Positions 10,462-23,455 of a stretch of DNA of 64,000 bases are shown here, piece by piece. The stretch comes from Hyaloraphidium curvatum SAG 235-1 (taxonomy: Eukaryota; Fungi; Monoblepharomycota). Made by a program: the position numbers and the translations under genes. The stretch spans positions 124,001 through 188,000 of the forward strand of contig JAIVFI010000038.1 in assembly GCA_025558095.1 (NCBI GenBank), in the 5' to 3' direction. Under the pieces are notes generated by a model. It did not search any database. It had not been told where the DNA came from and worked only from the letters and a program-made list of their open reading frames with translations. Positions within the stretch are counted from its first letter, which is position 1, and every line of letters begins with the position of its first letter.

Positions 10462-13400
10462 CTAGTCCGTCTTCCTCGTGGCGGCCTTCCGTTCGGCAGC
10501 CTTTTGTGCCATTTCGATCAGTATCGGCGCCTGCTCGGGACCCGTTTGGTCCACCAAGGCCCTGAAGCTTCCATCCGGCTTGGAGACGAGCTCCGCAGGT
10601 GAGCCGAACTCCAGAATCTCTCCATGTGAGAGGACGACGATCTTGTCGTAGTCAATTATCGTAAGCAGACGGTGCGCGATCGTCAAAATGGACGTGCCGC
10701 GGAACCGCTCGTCTTCGCGCAAAGTCCGTTGAATCGCGCTGTCCGTGTCCGCGTCGGCCGATGCTGTAGCCTCGTCCAGCACGACAATCCTCGAGCGACG
10801 GAGCTAAGACTGGTGAGAACTGTTGCGGGACAAGGCGCGCCACGAGAACTTACCATCACGCGCGCCAACGAGACAAGCTGCCGTTGCCCATTCGACAGCG
10901 ACTCTCCATTTTCGCTGATGGGCAGCAGCAAGCCATCCGGATGAGAAAGCACGAGCTCCTTGATGTTGCCCGCGTGCTCCAAGACGTCCATGATCTCCTG
11001 GTCACTGTACAGCTTAAACCTGCAAGATGGAGGTTGGAAACCGAAGTCGGTCACCACGAGCCCAAAACGACTGCCGGTCTGCACTCACGGGTCGAGATTG
11101 AAGCGCAGGGTTCCGCTGAACAACACGCTGTCCTGAGTTATGATAGAGAGCCGCGTTCGTACGTCGTCCAGGCCGATCTTCGTGTGGTCGATACCGTCGA
11201 TCGTGATCTTGCCACCGCACGGTTCCACGAGCCTAGCAACAGAATCAGCAATCAAATAACAAAGCGAATCGTCTCGTCCTTACCTGAAGAGAGCGTTCGT
11301 GATTGACGACTTGCCGGCACCAGTCCGACCGACGATCCCAACCCGCTCGCCAGGCTGGACAACGAAAGAAACCCCCTTCAGCACCAACGGCAGATCCGGA
11401 GCGTAGCGCATTTCCAGATCCTGGAAGTCTACGGCGCCTGCACTGGGCCATTCAGGCGGCGGGCGCACATCCGTGATCGCAGGAGCTTCTTGAGGCAGCT
11501 CTTCTGCGTAGGACAATAAACGCTCCGCAGCAATCATCTGCGTCTCGATTTCGGAGCCGAGTTCGACAACGTCTGTGCAGGAAGACGTGCATTAGCATTC
11601 GGATAAGCAACTGCGCGTGCGAGTGCCGCTTCGCAAAAGCGCCGATGCTCACAGTTCAGCACGAAAGATATCTGAGAACGAAATGAGAAGGCGATGCAAA
11701 ACAACGCACGAGCTTCTCCTTACCTGCATGGCGTTGGTGACGGCGAGGCCGAGCAATCCCGGCGCGGTAGCCGACGTTTGAGACGCCAGGACCGCGAACG
11801 TTGCCGACAGCAGAACCAGAATCGACGAGATCACCTCGAGCCGGAGGCTGAGCCAGCGTACCGTGTACATCATTGCGAACCAGTAGACGTTATTGCTGTC
11901 GAGCCTGTCCTCGGCAATGTGTTGGAAGACGACCGTCTTTTGGAATGCTCTGATCGTTGCCAGACCGGCAAGGGTCTCGGAATACAGCGCGTACAGAGGT
12001 GAGCGACTGATTGCTTCCATCTACAAGAGGGCACCCTGGTCAGGCGAACAAGCGGTAGAAGATTCGCCAGCGCACGTACTCGTTTGACGTCGCGAGCCGT
12101 CGCACGATAGAAGGTCGAGATCATCAAGTAAAGAGCCGCAAGAGGAACGAGAGGGGCGGCAAAAATAGGCGTCACCTGAGGTCCGGGGCGTCAGGGTATC
12201 GAGCGCTGGGTCTGCACCGGTAGACTCACGACTATGATGAAGATGATTGTGGAAATGCACTGTCCGACCATCCTGTACGCGAGCCATCAGAAGGGTGACG
12301 CGCACCAACCGCGCTCGGCCTTACCGAATGAAGAAACGAAGGGTGTCGGGGACGAAAGTGTCGAGAGACTCGACGTCTTTGCTGAACCTGACCAAGGACG
12401 TCATTTGCCGCCCAATGAAGCCTACCGAGTGACCCACCTGTTGAGGATCCGACCAACAGGAGTGCGGTCGAAAAAGGCGACAGGTGCGCCAAAGACACGA
12501 AGGAGGGCATCGTCATGCAGCTTCTTAGCCGATCTCGCTCCTCCGGTAGCGACAAGCAAGCCGTTCGTAAGCACCAGCAGCACTTGCGCCATGCCGATTG
12601 CGACGTAGATGCCCTGGTACCCGCCCAGAGAAAGTCCAAAAGTGCCTCGGCTCCATACGGTCGCGATCCACCAGTCCGTAAGAATGCGAGAGATCTGCAT
12701 GAGGCAGAGAGAAAGGACAATGCCAAGCACGATCCCCGCGCCGCCCATGGCCTTGAAGTACTTGAGCCAAACACTCAGGGTTACGGCTCCGGAATACCTC
12801 TCCTCGTCCGCGAAGAGGGCGCGCGCAGTCCCTGGATCTTCTCCGTACTTAGCTTTGGCGTCTTTGCCCTCATCGACACTGACAACAGGAGCGTCGACCT
12901 GAGCGGTCCCAGTTTCGCTGCCCTCCGATCCGGTGGTGTCCAACACCGAGTCCGAATCCGCGATCAGGCCGTACTCCTTCACCATGCGGGCAAGGTATCC
13001 AGCGCCGCCGTCGGTAGACCCCTGGAAGCCGACGAGATCCCTGTAGCTGCCCATTTCCACGACAGCGCCGCGCTTCAAGCAGATGATCTGGTCCGCGGCC
13101 GAAAGGATGTGGAGCGCGTGCGTCGCCATGATCACGGTTTTGGACTTCAGATAACCTCGGATGCACTGCTCAAACACAAAGGCCCCCGTGTGGCTGTCAA
13201 GCGCAGAGAGGATGTCGTCCAACACGTAGACCGAAGCGTCCTGGTAGATGGCACGCGCCAGAGCCAGCCTGGCCTTTTGGCCGCCTGAAAGTGAAAGACC
13301 CTTCTCGCCTACAACCGTAAAATCACCATCCGGAAAGGTGGCGAGGTCGCGCTCTAAGCTGCAGACTCGCAAGACCTCCGCATAGCGCTCCGCATTGAAG

Positions 13401-15563
13401 GGAGCTCCGAACAAAACGTTTCCTCGAATCGAGGCGCTCTGGATCCAGGGAGACTGCGCGGCATAGGCAATGGATCCCCGCAAAGCAACGTTCCCCGACA
13501 GCAGCTTCACGTCGCCAATGAGGCCGGCCAACAGGGTCGATTTCCCGGCGCCGACCGGCCCAACGATGAGAGTCAGTGAACCAGGTGAAAACGTCACGGC
13601 GGGAAGCGACAAGGTAAATTTGGTCGCCTCGGGCTTCAAGGCCTCCTCCCCGGGGGACGGCGCCCGGTCGTCGGTTTCGGGAACGGCCTCGAGTGCCTTT
13701 GCCAAAGCATCCTTCGTGTCCGAGTTGCCGCCCGTTTGCCCCGCCGTCTCGCCTGCCCCCGGTTTCCCACGTCGACGAAAGGTGCGGTCAAGCGTCCGCC
13801 AAACAAAGTTCTTGGAGCTGCTCTTCTGATCCTTGACGGCGTCGTCGAGGGTCTCCTGGGGCGGCACGCTGTCCCATTGGAAAACAGTGTTGTCGCTCAC
13901 GGTCACGAGCCCGGGCTGCCCGTCGCCATCCGTGCTGTGTCCGCGCTCCTGTACTTCCTCTGCCTCGAAAAGCTCCTGGAACCGCCCCAAGGAGACCCAA
14001 GCGTCCACGGCCCACGACAGCGCCATCGGAAGCAGGAGCAGGGGCCAACGAATGATCTCCAGCATGGCGATCGACGAGAGGATAATCGCCGGCGTGAACT
14101 CGCCCCCGGCTGCCGAATAGCAAAGGAACATGACGATCGAGGCAATAATAGGTCCGGCCATGCTGACGAGACCGACGTAGACCCTGTAGAAAAGGATCTG
14201 GCGGACCTTGTCCATCTCGGGAGCCCGCATGTCGTCCATGATCGTGGCCGTGATCGGTTTCGTATAGCCCAAAAACTTGATTACTCGAATTCCGGACACG
14301 GCCTGCGAGAACGTTCAGCGATCCTTCAGCCAGGTGGGTTTGCAACTCACCTCGTTGGTGAACTTGGAGCGGAGGTCCGTCCACTTGGACCCTGCCGCCC
14401 TCAGCTCCCCGGCCTTCTTCATCACGAAGCCCGTGACCGGGACCATGATGAATATGAGCACGATTGCGCCGACTATAGCCGGCCAGCCGAGGTTGAGGAT
14501 GAGGAGAATGATCCCGACCGAGATCGAGATGGGCCCCGAGTACAGGGTGTGCAGCTCAGGAATGGCGCGGTCGATTCGGGTGGCATCCGTGCTGACCAGG
14601 TTCACGACGGTGCCTCCAGTGTGCTTCAGCCGGCTGCCGGAAGAGAGCTTCAGAAGCTTCGTGTACGTGTACGACATGAGCGAGGTCTTGATCTCGAATC
14701 CGATCCGCTGCGAATGCAGCCAGGTCCAGTTCATGCAGAAGGACTGGAGGACCAAAATCGCGCCCAGACCAAAGGCCATGACATATCCGCGCCACGACTC
14801 GGGCAGTGGCTGCCCCGCGGAGTACGCCGCTGAGGACTGGCTCAGGAACCCGATGAGCTGCCGCAGCACGAGCGGCGACGCGATCCCGCAAGCGTCCGCT
14901 GTGAGCCGCAGGACGGCCGCAACAAAGAACTTCTTGCGGTAGGTCCTCCAGACGGCGCGCATGAGCGACGGCCGGTTCTTCGCGTCAGAGCCGAATTCCG
15001 GCCCCGATTTGTCGTCCGCGGCGGCGGTCCCCTTCATCTCCACGGTTGCATGGGGAATGTTCGAGTCGGAAACGCCCACGATCGTCGAATTGAGGTCCAA
15101 CTCCATGGCCGCGAGCCTCTCGAGGCCGGCCGGAACGCGACCCTGTCCTCCGTGGCCGCCACTGTGTTCCGCGAGCTCCTTTTCCCATTCGACAATGAAC
15201 CGAGCTGAGCAATTGCGGGCCTCCTCGTTGCTGCATGGGGTCGAACCAAGGAACGAGACCATGGGAAGGAGCCGGGAGAGAGTCAGTGCTCCACGGAATC
15301 TTCCTGCCCCGGCGCCGGGGTACCCACGTCGGCAGCCTCCACACATCCTGCTCCGAAAGCGGCACCGCATCGGCAGCGGCGCCTGCAGCGCCGCCCCGCT
15401 TCTCCAGATCCTTGATCGCCCGCTGCACCGCGCGATGCCTGGTCCATCCGTCGATGTGCAGTCCCGTCGCCCAGTGGAAAGTCCCGAGCGACCACCACGG
15501 CGCCGTTTCCTCCGGATGAGGCAGATCGCGCCGCGAGCCCGTGCTCGGCGCCTCCTTGCCCAT
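10462..15563 (-). CDS. ABCC (MRP/YOR1-like) full-length ABC transporter without TMD0
   Basis: TMD1-NBD1-TMD2-NBD2 order. Motifs [63 protein letters not shown] and IAHRL. About 10 short introns. Confidence 0.95.
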
Positions 15564-15823
15564 CTTGGGCGTGGGAGAAAGAGGGTTGAGCGATTGGTTT
15601 TCCCGGGATCCGAAGCGCAACGCCGCCCGGCTTGCCACAGGTCCTCTGATCGGGCTATGCATGCGAATGGCACCTCTCTGATCCAAAGGCGGGATCGGCA
15701 TCCTCGGGCGTTCCCGAATATAGCCTCTGACCGTCAGCTTCTTCGTCTCTGAAGCAATCTACATCATCCCCGACATAGGCATCATCATCCGATCGTGCTC
15801 TAGCTCCCATCTCTCCCAACCCA

Positions 15824-18800
15824 TCAGCCCGCAGCGGGCGGATGCTTGGGCACCGATCCCACCCCCACCGCCGCCATCCTCGAGAGCAGCGAGCCGAAAT
15901 CCGCCGGCTGCGCCGCGCCCGCCTCGGCCACGCCGTCGACGATCGTCCCCGACGATCCGCCCGACATGAGCGAGTCCCCCGTGAAGGTCCGTGCCGGGTG
16001 GTCGCCCCGCGAAGGCCGCGACAGGCCGACGGGCGTCGGCGCCGACCCCGCCGCGTACACGGGCCTCGACGCCGCCGAGCGCCGCGGGACGCCGTCCATC
16101 CCGTCCACCGCCGCCGAATGCGCCCGGCGCATCAGCCGCGGGTCCACGGGCACCTGCAGTGGGCTGAACCCCGCGGCCGCCCTCGGGTCGGGCTTGCCGA
16201 TCGGCATCGCCGGGGGGAAGTTGAAGGCCGTCCCCACGCCCGGCGGGTTCTGGATGCCCAGCGAGGGGAGCAGGTTGGGGTCGATCAGAGCCAGGTTGGG
16301 CATCCCTTGCTTCTCGCCCGACGAGGACCAGCTCGCGCTGCTGCCGCTGGGGAACGCGATCGTCTGCGCGTCGTTGTCAAACGGCTCGGCTGGGTTCCAG
16401 TTGCCGTACCCCTGCGCCGCGGGGTGTGCATCCGCCCGGCCCTGGCCGTCGGGGTGCACCTCGGGCGCGTGCGGACCTGCGGGCGACGGGCTCGCGGGCA
16501 CGGCGGCCAGCTGCGACGCCCCCCGCTGCACCCCCGACAGCGGGCTGGGCGTGTGCCTCGGCCGGGGCGCCAGCGGCGAGCCGACCGGCGGCTCGAGCCT
16601 GCTCGCGTGCGCGCGCGCGGGCGAGGGCGGCAGCTCCCCTTCGCGCAGGGGCACCGATGCCGACCGCGGCAAGGGGGACGCGCCGGGGCTGGCGCGCGGG
16701 CGATCGTACGGCCCGATCGCCGAGTCGGACCGCGAGGGCTCCCCCGTCGCCCGCCTGGGGAGCGAGTAGTGGTGCGACTGCGCCGGCGGGGCGGGCGAGG
16801 GCTGCTGTGACGGGTCCTGCAGCGGCCCGGACCCGGCGCGCTGCGGCGCGGGCCCCGTGGGCCGCACGTCCTGCATCGCGTCCGCGTCCGTCGACGTCTT
16901 CTTGAGCCGCTGCAGGCTCTCGAGCGAGTGCCAGATGTTGGGCGTCGCCGCGGACCACGACCTCGCCACCTTGGGTGCCGGCGACCCCTGCGGCGCATCG
17001 GGCTGCGACAGCGGCATGGGCAGCGGCGCCGGCCTCGCCCCCTCCTCGTGCCCGCCCACCCACAGGTCCGCGCTCGCCGTCCTCGCCCTGTTGCTCGACC
17101 ACGGCGGCGTCTTGGACCTGCCGAACAGGTGGTACGGATGCGGCTGCACCGGCCTGCCCCTGTGCCCCGCCGAGCCGTGCACGGCGTCGTGCTGCCCCGG
17201 GCTCGCCTCGGGCCTCGGCACGCGCGGAGGGGGGGCCGGCTGCGGGGCCAGCTGCGGCGAGTAGTACTGCTGCTGCGCCGCGCGCGCTGCCCCCGCGAGG
17301 TTCGGGGAGGACGCGGCGTGGTGCACGGCGCGGTACTGCTGCGGGCCGAGGGCCGGGGATGCGTAGGGCGGCTGCGCGTAGGGCTGCGCGGGGACCTGCG
17401 CGGGGCCCAGCATGGGCGAGGGTCCGAGGCTGGGGCCGAGCAGGCCCGAGAGGATGGGGGATGCCGTCGCGGGCGCCGACGCCGAGTGCGGGCCGAGGTC
17501 GGGCGCCGAGGAGGCGTGCGGCAAGGCCAACGCGTGCGAGGGCGCGGCCCGCGGGCCGAGGTTGGGCGTCGACGCCGCCTGCGCGAGCCCGTAGTGCTGC
17601 GGGCCGAGCACCGGCGACGGCCCCAGGACCGGCTGCACCCCCGGCTGCGGCATGGGGAACGGCGGCGCCTGCGAGAACGAGCCCGTGGAAAACACGGGCA
17701 CCACCGCCTGCGGCGCCGGCACCAGGAACGACGGCGCCGGCGCCGAGAAGGCGCGCGGAGCCTGCGGCGCTGCGTCCATGGGCTGCGCCGGCGGGGGCGG
17801 CTGCGAATACGCCTTGGCCTGCGGGAACGGCTGCGCCTCCGGCGGGAACCGGAACGGCGCCGCGGCGGGGAGCGGCGGCGGCAGCGGCACGTGCTGCGCA
17901 AACACCCCCGCGGGATCCGCCGCCGCGGCAGCCGCGGGCCCCACGAGCGGCCCCGGCATCGTCACCGGGACCACCGCCCTCCCCTGCGGCGGCATGGGCG
18001 GCACCGCCCACACCCTCGCCTGCATCGGCACCTGCACCGCGTGCACCCCGGGCTCCTCGCCCCCCGCGAGCCACCTCTCGAGCGCGGGGTGCTGCTGCTC
18101 CCCGCCCGCCGCCGCGGCCTCGCCCGGCGCGGCGCCGGGGGACCGCTTGAGGAGCGCGTTGGCGATCTGCACGGCCTTTGCCGCGGCCTTCATCCGCCTC
18201 TTGAGCGAGTAGATCAGGGATTCCGAGACCTGGTCCGCAGCGGGGCTTTCGCCCATCCTCGGCCGTCCCCGCCGCGCCTTGGCGTCCACGTCCCCCAGCA
18301 CCGCCAGGTAGTCGGGCGCGACGTGCTGCCGGATCCAAGGGTGCTCGAGGGCCTGCTGCGCCGTGAGCCGGTCGCGGGGGTTGGAGCAGAGCAGCGAGCG
18401 GATGAAGGATTCGGCGGCGGGGGAGAGGCCGAGGTGCGCGGGGATGGGGGTGTAGCGGGCCTCGCGGATGCGGCGGACTGGAAGGGAGGGTGAGTGGAGG
18501 AATGGGGGGAGGAAGAGGGGGAACGTACAGAGGACGTCAAAGTCGGTACAGTCCTGGAAGGGGTTCTGGCCGACGAGCATGCAGTAGGCCGTGCATCCCA
18601 GGCTGGACGGAAGGGCGTGAGCAACGGTCTCATGAACCCCCGCCTTCCGCCGTCCAACGCACCTCCACATGTCGACCAACACCCCGTACCCCGCGCCCTG
18701 CGGCACCTTCTTGTCCGATCCGATGACGCCGAGGATCTCCGGGGCGAGGTAGAAGGGCGTGCCGATGAGCGTGCTCATGCCCCTGGCCATGATGCCGGCC

Positions 18801-19805
18801 ACGCCAAAGTCGCATATCTTGAGGAGCGACGCGGCGGCGGCGTACGAGTCCTCGGGGAGGGGGTTGCCGATGGGGAGGACGTAGAGGAGGTTCTGGGGCT
18901 TGAGGTCGCGGTGGGCTGGCGGAAAGGCCGGTGAGAAAAAAATAAGCTGGCGAGGGTGAGCAGCCACACACCGATCCCGAGGGAGTGGAGGAAGTTGACG
19001 GCGTTGAGGACGGTTGCGATGCAGTATGCCGCCTCGGCCTCGGGGTAGTGTCCCATCTGGCGGAGGGGCGAGTGAGTGTCAAAAGGGTCCAGCGGGCGGG
19101 TCCCTATGGGACGCGGGGATGGCCACCGACCTGCTCGACGCGCTCCAGCACGGTGCCGCCGCGGCACAGCTCCATGGCCACGACGAACTTGCCGCGCGTC
19201 TCGAAGGCGTCGAGGAAGCCGCAGATGTTCTCGTGCGGGTGGTTCCGGAGCACCTCGACCTCGCGCACAAACTCCTGCTGCGTGGCCGACAGCTGCGTCG
19301 ACAGCGCGGGGGTGAGCGGCAGCGGCTTCTTGATGCACTTGAGTGCGCAGGACAGCGAGGTGGGCAGGTGGATGGCCTCCTTGACGACTGCGCGCGAGCC
19401 GAAGCCGATCTCGCGGATGACCTTGTACTCCTCCTTGCGCGAGCGGCCCGAGATGCGCGTGATGAGCTGCTGGTGCTCCGAGTCCGCGTCGTCCCGTTTG
19501 CCGAAGCGGCGCAGGGAGCCGAAGCGGTCCACCGCGGCGGGGCTGTCCGGCGAGCGGGGCGTGCCGGTGCCGGGGGAGCCCGCCCCGCCGGCGCCCCCGC
19601 TGCCGCCTTGCCTGCCCAGCGAGGCCGAGGAGTGCGGGGCAGCCGGGAGCGCGGCCTGCGTGTCCAGGTTTGCCGGGCGCGCGGGCACCGCCGGCGCGGG
19701 GGCGGGCGGGGCGAGCGCCGCGCCGGCCGACCGCGTGCGCGCCCGCCCGGCGCCGCCCGCCTTCCCCGGCGGCGGAAGCCCGCCCGGCTCGCCGCCGCCG
19801 GCCAT
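15824..19805 (-). CDS. CAMK-group Ser/Thr kinase with a very long Pro/Ala/Ser/Gln-rich C-terminal tail
   Basis: IGFGSRAVV, ALKCI, HENI, HRDLKPQN, ICDFG, GTPFYLAPE, VDMW and RLTAQQALEHPW. A calmodulin-binding-like helix KRRMKAAAKAVQIANAL follows. Several introns. Confidence 0.92.
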
Positions 19806-21287
19806 CGCGGGCGGGTGAGTCCGCGGGGGGTGGTCGGGCGCGGGAGGCCCAACGCCGTCCGCGTCCCCAATGCCCCGTGCGCCCTCGCCTCTCTCGCGGC
19901 CTCTCAGCGGCTGCCTATGCCCCGCGACAAGGACTGCGGCGCGGCGGCGCGGGATCGCCGCCGCGGGGGCCCATTCGGTGGCGAGTGCCGGTTGTGCAGT
20001 GCTGCCCGTTCACCCGCTCCCCGCTGGTTCGGCCAGGCGGCGCGCACTCCCCGTTGGCCACCGCGCCCCGCGACACCGCCCGGCCGCACGATGGCATACC
20101 GTGCAAGCTAGCCGGCCCGCCTGCCGGCCGCCCCGGCGGCCCCACTGCACCAGTACGCATATCCGCAACCGGGCGATCCCCATAATGGTGACGTCACAAC
20201 CGACTCGACCGGGGACGCTACGTTGGCGGGTCCGCCCCGACACATCCGCCCGAGCGCCTCCTCCCCGCCGCGCCGCCGGATCCGTCGCCGGGGGTCTGAA
20301 CCCCCCTCGTCGACCGATCCCCCATCCCCCCTTGGCGCTCGAGTCGGGGCTTGCTCCGCCTCCCCGCCGCCGCACTGGATCCGGGACGCCGCGCGCACGT
20401 CCACCCCCGCTGCCATCCATCCTCCTCCGGATCCCGCGATGCCGCCCACGATCTCCCCAATACGGTTCCCGCCGCGCGGGGACGACCGGGATCCCGTTGC
20501 ACGGCCACCTGCCGCACAAAACACCCGCCCGGCGATCCCCCCCGGTCCCCAGCCTCCGCGCCGCAGCCAATTTCTCACCCCCTTCTGACCTACCCTCCGC
20601 GGCACCACCCCCCGAACGGCGATCCCGATCGATCCCGCGGCCGATAGGTCTGGCTGACGCGTCCTGGCGGCACCGACCCGCCGCGGTCTGGAACCCGGCG
20701 GGCCGCACGACCGCCGATAAGCGGCCCGCGGGGCGCGGGGGGGCCCGGCCGCGCCATCGCGGCCGCGGGGGGGCTATTGGGCGGACACGGGCGCGCGGTT
20801 TGGCGCGGTCGGCAGGGGGGCGGGGGGCGGGGGGAGCAGTGCCCGGCTGCGGGTGCGCACGGCGGGAACGCGGGCGGGGTTCGGGCGCAATGCCATCGGA
20901 TGCTACGGCCAGCTACGAAACAACGCCGTCTCCCGGCGGCATCAGAGCAACCTTCCGTCCTCTTTGGTGCGGACGAAATGCCCCGCCGAGGTGGTCGCGG
21001 CGGACAAGCGGCAGATGCCGCATCCGCATCCGGGGCCTGGCCCCATGCCTGAACTCTTAGGGATGCTTCGACGGGATCCGATCCGCTCCAACGGATCTCG
21101 GACGATGCAGCGCGCTTCCAGCCGGTCCATCCCGCGGCGCGGCGATCCCAACCGGACGGATGCGAAGCCACGGGGCCCCCGGCACCGACAAGCCCGAGGA
21201 CCGCTTTGCCGACGCCCGTCCCTCCCGCACAGCAGCACAGCTGGTCCCTCCACGCCCCGTCCTCCCACCCACCAATCCGCCGTCCCG

Positions 21288-22210
21288 CTAGAACCCCGTG
21301 CCGCCCCTCCACCAGGGCAGCTTCTCCCCTTTCTTCCTGCGCGCCTCGATCTCGCGGTAAAGCGTGCCGTCGTACTGTCGCCGCACGTCCTCCTTGCTCA
21401 CAAAGCCGGAGCGGTCCGCGGCGAGGAGCCAGAGGAATCCCTGCCCCGGGAGATCAGCGGAGGAAGCTGTCGGGAGAAGGCGGTGCGTACCCAGAGGAAG
21501 ACCTGGAAGATCCAGCCGACCGGGTCGAGCACGTTGCGGTTGCCCGCGACCATCGCCATGATCCCGCGGCCGTCGATGCCCCGGCGGCCCTTGGCGTCCT
21601 GCGTGCCGTACTGGGAGAAGATGTCCTCGAACTTCTGCGGCACGAACCTGTGCGAACGGTCAGGCTTACCACGCACGGGGACGGGACCCCGTGAACGCCG
21701 CGTACGCACCTCCCCGCGGCATCGTACGCCCCCGTACCGCTCCCATGCTTGGCCCTGTGCACCCTCCCGACGTCCACCCCGAACGTCGGATCGGGCATCC
21801 ACGAGCGCGAGGTCCACGGGCCGACGTGCAGGACGTTGAACGCCAGCGCGCCCACGGCGGCGATCGGCGGCATGAATCCCAAAGCGCGGAAGCCGGAGTA
21901 GGTGTCGAGGGGGGTGATCCTGCCCGTGCGGCGGCGGTCCCAGAACGAGACGTGCTGCGGTTCCGGTCCCCGCAACAGTGAGCCGAGAAGCACTCGACAC
22001 TCCCGCGGTCGGAAACCGCACCTGCTGCAGCACCGTCATCCTGCCCCTCGCCTCCTTTGCGAACCCCTCCGTGGTTCCATCGGGGTGCTCGTCGTCCGCC
22101 GCCACGTCGGCGCGGGGCACGCCGGCGTGCGGGAGGGCGGGGACGGCGGGGGGGCGGGAGGCGGTGGCGGGGACGTTGGGCAGCGTCGTGGCGAAGCCGA
22201 GGGAGGACAT
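21288..22210 (-). CDS. Caleosin/peroxygenase family protein
   Basis: Spliced product MTVLQQ-HVSFWD..ITPLDTYSGFRALGF..PDPTF..HRAKHGS..YD..RFVPQKFEDIFSQY..W.LLAAD..VSKEDVRRQYDGTLYREI. Three introns. Confidence 0.92.
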
Positions 22211-22455
22211 TTCTGCGGCGGGCGGCGGGGCGGATCGTGCCGCGGTGGATGTAACGGGCTCGCGATCCGTGTGGAGCAGAGTGATGACGGTGCGCGCTGC
22301 GCGGGGCATCGTTTCTCCGACGCCAACCGGAACATCTGGTCGACATTCCAAACAGCCTGCCGAATTCCGACGACACTCTGCCTGCTAAATCGCTTGATGG
22401 AACCTAGGGAGGTGGAGGATTGGCAGTCGGTGACGTCGCTCGGACCTCGGCTCGC

Positions 22456-22598
22456 GGTTTCACGGGCTGCATCGATCGGGGACGATGCCATCCGCAGATG
22501 CGATCGCTGCGTGGAGCTCATTGTGAGATGCCGGCTGCCTCAGTACGGACCGAAGTGATGCCAGAGCTCGTGCGCAAGTCCGGCCGGATCGTGCCTCC
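22456..22598 (+). repeat. 143-bp direct repeat, copy 1
   Basis: Aligns without gaps to 23970-24112, with 8 mismatches counted by eye (about 94% identity). Confidence 0.95.
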
Positions 22599-22864
22599 CC
22601 TGGTCAGAGACCTTCGGCGGCAAGGACGCCGTGCGGGCATTTTTCGCCCGGCTGGCGGGCGCGTTCGATGTGCTCGATTTCAAGCTGGACGCCGTGCTGG
22701 CGGACGCGGGGGAGGCCGCGGGATTGGGTTCCTTCCTGTACTGGGCAAAGGCGACGGGGAAGGAGGCGCCAACCGAGTGGGCGGCCCGGATAGCGGTCGA
22801 GGGGGGGAAGATGGCAAGGTACCAGTTTTTTGAGGATAGCTACGCGATTGCGCGGGCTTTGTGA
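22595..22864 (+). pseudogene. 5'-truncated SnoaL/NTF2-like gene fragment
   Basis: LPWSETFGGKDAVRAFFARL..KATGKEAPTEWA..GKMARYQFFEDSYAIARAL* matches the C-terminal two-thirds of SnoaL-like proteins. Upstream the frame runs into the repeat and meets TGA at 22556 with no ATG. Confidence 0.7.
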
Positions 22865-23224
22865 CGGGGGCCAAGTGGACGATCAAGCCGGAGCCCGGGG
22901 TGGAGGAGTATTCCGTGCCCATGTGACTTTAGAGTGTGGGGAAATCTTCTTGCTGTAAAAGCCTAAACGCAGAGGAGCTCAATGCCGGCATGGCGGCGTC
23001 GCGAGGCTCGAAGTTTCGTCAAGCGGACACCTCGCGGCAGTCATCAGGGTTTCCGCCACCGTCGACCAAACGTAAGCCCAGATCCGAGCATTGATGCAGG
23101 CAACGCTCTGATTCCAGTCCGCCACGCTCCCTCGCGCCCTCCCCCGCCGCGCGTCTCGCGCGCCCGCGGCCCGCACGAAAGCGCGCCGAACCCGCCCGCC
23201 GCGCCCTCTGAGCAGGCACGAACC

Positions 23225-23455
23225 ATGTCCCTCGCCAAGCTGATCCACAACATCAACAACGAGTACAACATCTCGGTCGATGCCAGCACCCCCGTCTCCT
23301 CGTTTGGGGCCACCACTGCCGTGAACACAATGGAGGGAATGGACTTCATGATAAAAGTGGAAGAGTGGTGCCACGCGCAGATCCGGGACAACCTTTTCGA
23401 GCAGTGCCAGACCGTGGGAGACATCGCGCGGCTCGTCGACGCGAACATCAGGTAA
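23225..23455 (+). CDS. Small acyl-carrier-protein-like protein (76 aa) lacking the canonical DSL serine
   Basis: AACCATG start context. The sequence ..SFGATTAVNTMEGMDFMIKVEEWCHAQIRDNLFEQCQTVGDIARLV follows the ACP helix II-IV pattern (E.vm.lEe.f...I.d...e...TVGD). Confidence 0.7.
   Translation: MSLAKLIHNINNEYNISVDASTPVSSFGATTAVNTMEGMDFMIKVEEWCHAQIRDNLFEQCQTVGDIARLVDANIR

Noticed and set aside
15842-20708. Many long overlapping Arg/Ala/Pro-rich ORFs on both strands (also at 36-38 kb and 47-50 kb)
   Set aside because: These are shadow ORFs, expected at very high GC and opposite or out of frame with real genes, and they show no family motifs.
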